A stretch of DNA of 64,000 bases from Dimorphilus gyrociliatus (Eukaryota; Animalia; Annelida): assembly GCA_904063045.1 (NCBI GenBank), contig CAJFCJ010000003.1, positions 620,001 through 684,000 on the forward strand. Reading direction: 5' to 3'. The position numbers and the translations under genes were made by a program. How positions within the stretch are numbered: position 1 is the stretch's first letter; every line of letters starts with the position of its first letter. Below the pieces are notes generated by a model. It was not told the DNA's origin. It ran no database searches and saw only the letters and a program-made list of their open reading frames with translations. Below, piece after piece: positions 62,533 to 64,000 of this stretch.

Positions 62533-64000
62533 CTTATTTCCTCTTCAAACTTCTATTTGATGATTATAATTAGTAAATTAATATAAAAACTTCAATTTAT
62601 ATGTATATTTATACATTTGCATACGTTTGTTTTAAATATTCAGTATGCTACCAGTGTACCAGTAAATAGAATGAATAAATATTTATCAATCTATCGTTAT
62701 ATAAATGGTATATGTATTATGCTTCTGAATTGAATTGTCTTCAATACGTTGTATAGTCTATTTTGTCATCAAAAAGTTCACACTCTACTATACCGCCACC
62801 TATTTTGTAAAAGCTTTCAAGCTCGTTTCTCTCTTTTCTTATACACGTGCAAAAAATCTTAAAGAATTTTAGTGCGTAAGAATTAGCTTTTACACACGAT
62901 TCTTTAACTAGATGGCACTATAATACTTTTTACATAAAACATTATAAATTATTAATAAGAGAATAAAATATGAACGGGGAAGAGGAGCAAGGGAGAGAAG
63001 GAAGGAAAAGATGAGTAGAACCTCTAAGCGAAGTAAAACAAGTGAAATAGAACGTATGCATAGAGGAGATCATTAGTGTTTTTATTCTACTTCTTTCATA
63101 GATAGAATGATTAAAGATATTTGAAAATTAAAAGGATAAAATTCTCTTCCTTTTCCGTTTTCTCTAAAAAGAGAAAGTAGAGCGAATGATATAATTTTCT
63201 GAATTTATACGATGATTAGAGGACCTAGTTCTTCTTCCTTCCTTTCCATTCCTTTTCTTTTTGATTGTATTTTTTTATGCTATTGTAAAGTATTACTTTC
63301 TATAACCATTCAAGTTATTGTTTTTCTAGTAAACAAATGCAAATAACGTAATGTTAAATAATAATAATAATAATAGTAAATAAAAATATAACAAACTGTT
63401 AACATACGCAACGACTTTTAGTGATTTATCAATAATACAAAAATCACCGTTCAGTATCAAGGGAAATAAAAGATTACTGAAAAATAATCTTTCTGATCTC
63501 AACCGTCCAGTGAGGGAAAAAAAGCAGAAGAGAGTTTGGACTGTAACTAACCCTTCTCTGCCCTCTTATTCTTAAAATAAAATAGGAAAAATGCGACGTT
63601 AATATATATACAAAGACTTGAGAGTGTGAAGGAAAAAGAAGAATGGGAAGAATAAGATGACAGTAAGAAAGGAATGAATGAATGATGGAAAACTAAGAAA
63701 GAGAGCTTTTATTTTAATAATAATAAAAGAAAACTATATAAACTGTCCAACTTAATTGAGATGCTGAAAACTATGACTATTGGCTCTTTTCGCAATTGAA
63801 TGTTATATTTCCGCAGTTTTAGTGATTTAGTTATACATTTCGCCAAAAACTGTTAGCTGTTTTGTATAAATGATGTCTTTTTTAGATCAAATATTTTAAC
63901 CAACGACGCCATCTGTCGCGTTCGATTTGAAAGACAAGGGATGAAATGAGAAGGCTGCTGGCATTTGGAAGAGCACTAATCGACGATAATCAGCTAGGGT

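Noticed and set aside
1-64000. CRISPR arrays, rRNA/tRNA genes, prokaryotic operons, intact transposase or reverse transcriptase
   Set aside because: I saw no spaced direct repeats, structural RNA signatures or such ORFs. The window is spliced eukaryotic DNA. A tRNAscan/Infernal run would be needed to exclude small RNAs formally.

Overview
This is AT-rich, gene-dense eukaryotic DNA with many short introns, so the supplied ORF track mostly shows exon fragments. It looks like a compact lophotrochozoan genome; the meiofaunal annelid Dimorphilus is a guess only. I saw no prokaryotic genes, rRNA, tRNA, CRISPR array or intact transposase. Hand-spliced gene models whose frames add up, in order: 3' tail of a probable protocadherin (+); a 7-repeat protocadherin (-); an Eomes/Tbr1 T-box factor (+); a C2H2 zinc-finger protein with a duplicated N-terminal module (-); a coiled-coil/CCHC finger protein (-); an uncharacterised repeat protein behind a perfect RFX X-box (+); a GH27 alpha-galactosidase (-); DNAJB11 (+); SNAPC1 (-); EPC1 (+); NPAS4/dysfusion with two first exons (+); PAQR5/6-like (-); and two SLC22 transporters (-). 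The strongest unexplained signal is in the protocadherin. Each of its first four ectodomain introns is closed by its own 14-23 bp inverted repeat lying on or next to the splice sites. Two of them have a TTAA-[AG...CT]-TTAA layout resembling Kolobok-type DNA transposon insertions, and one has no usable GT donor. This suggests transposon-born or structure-defined introns.
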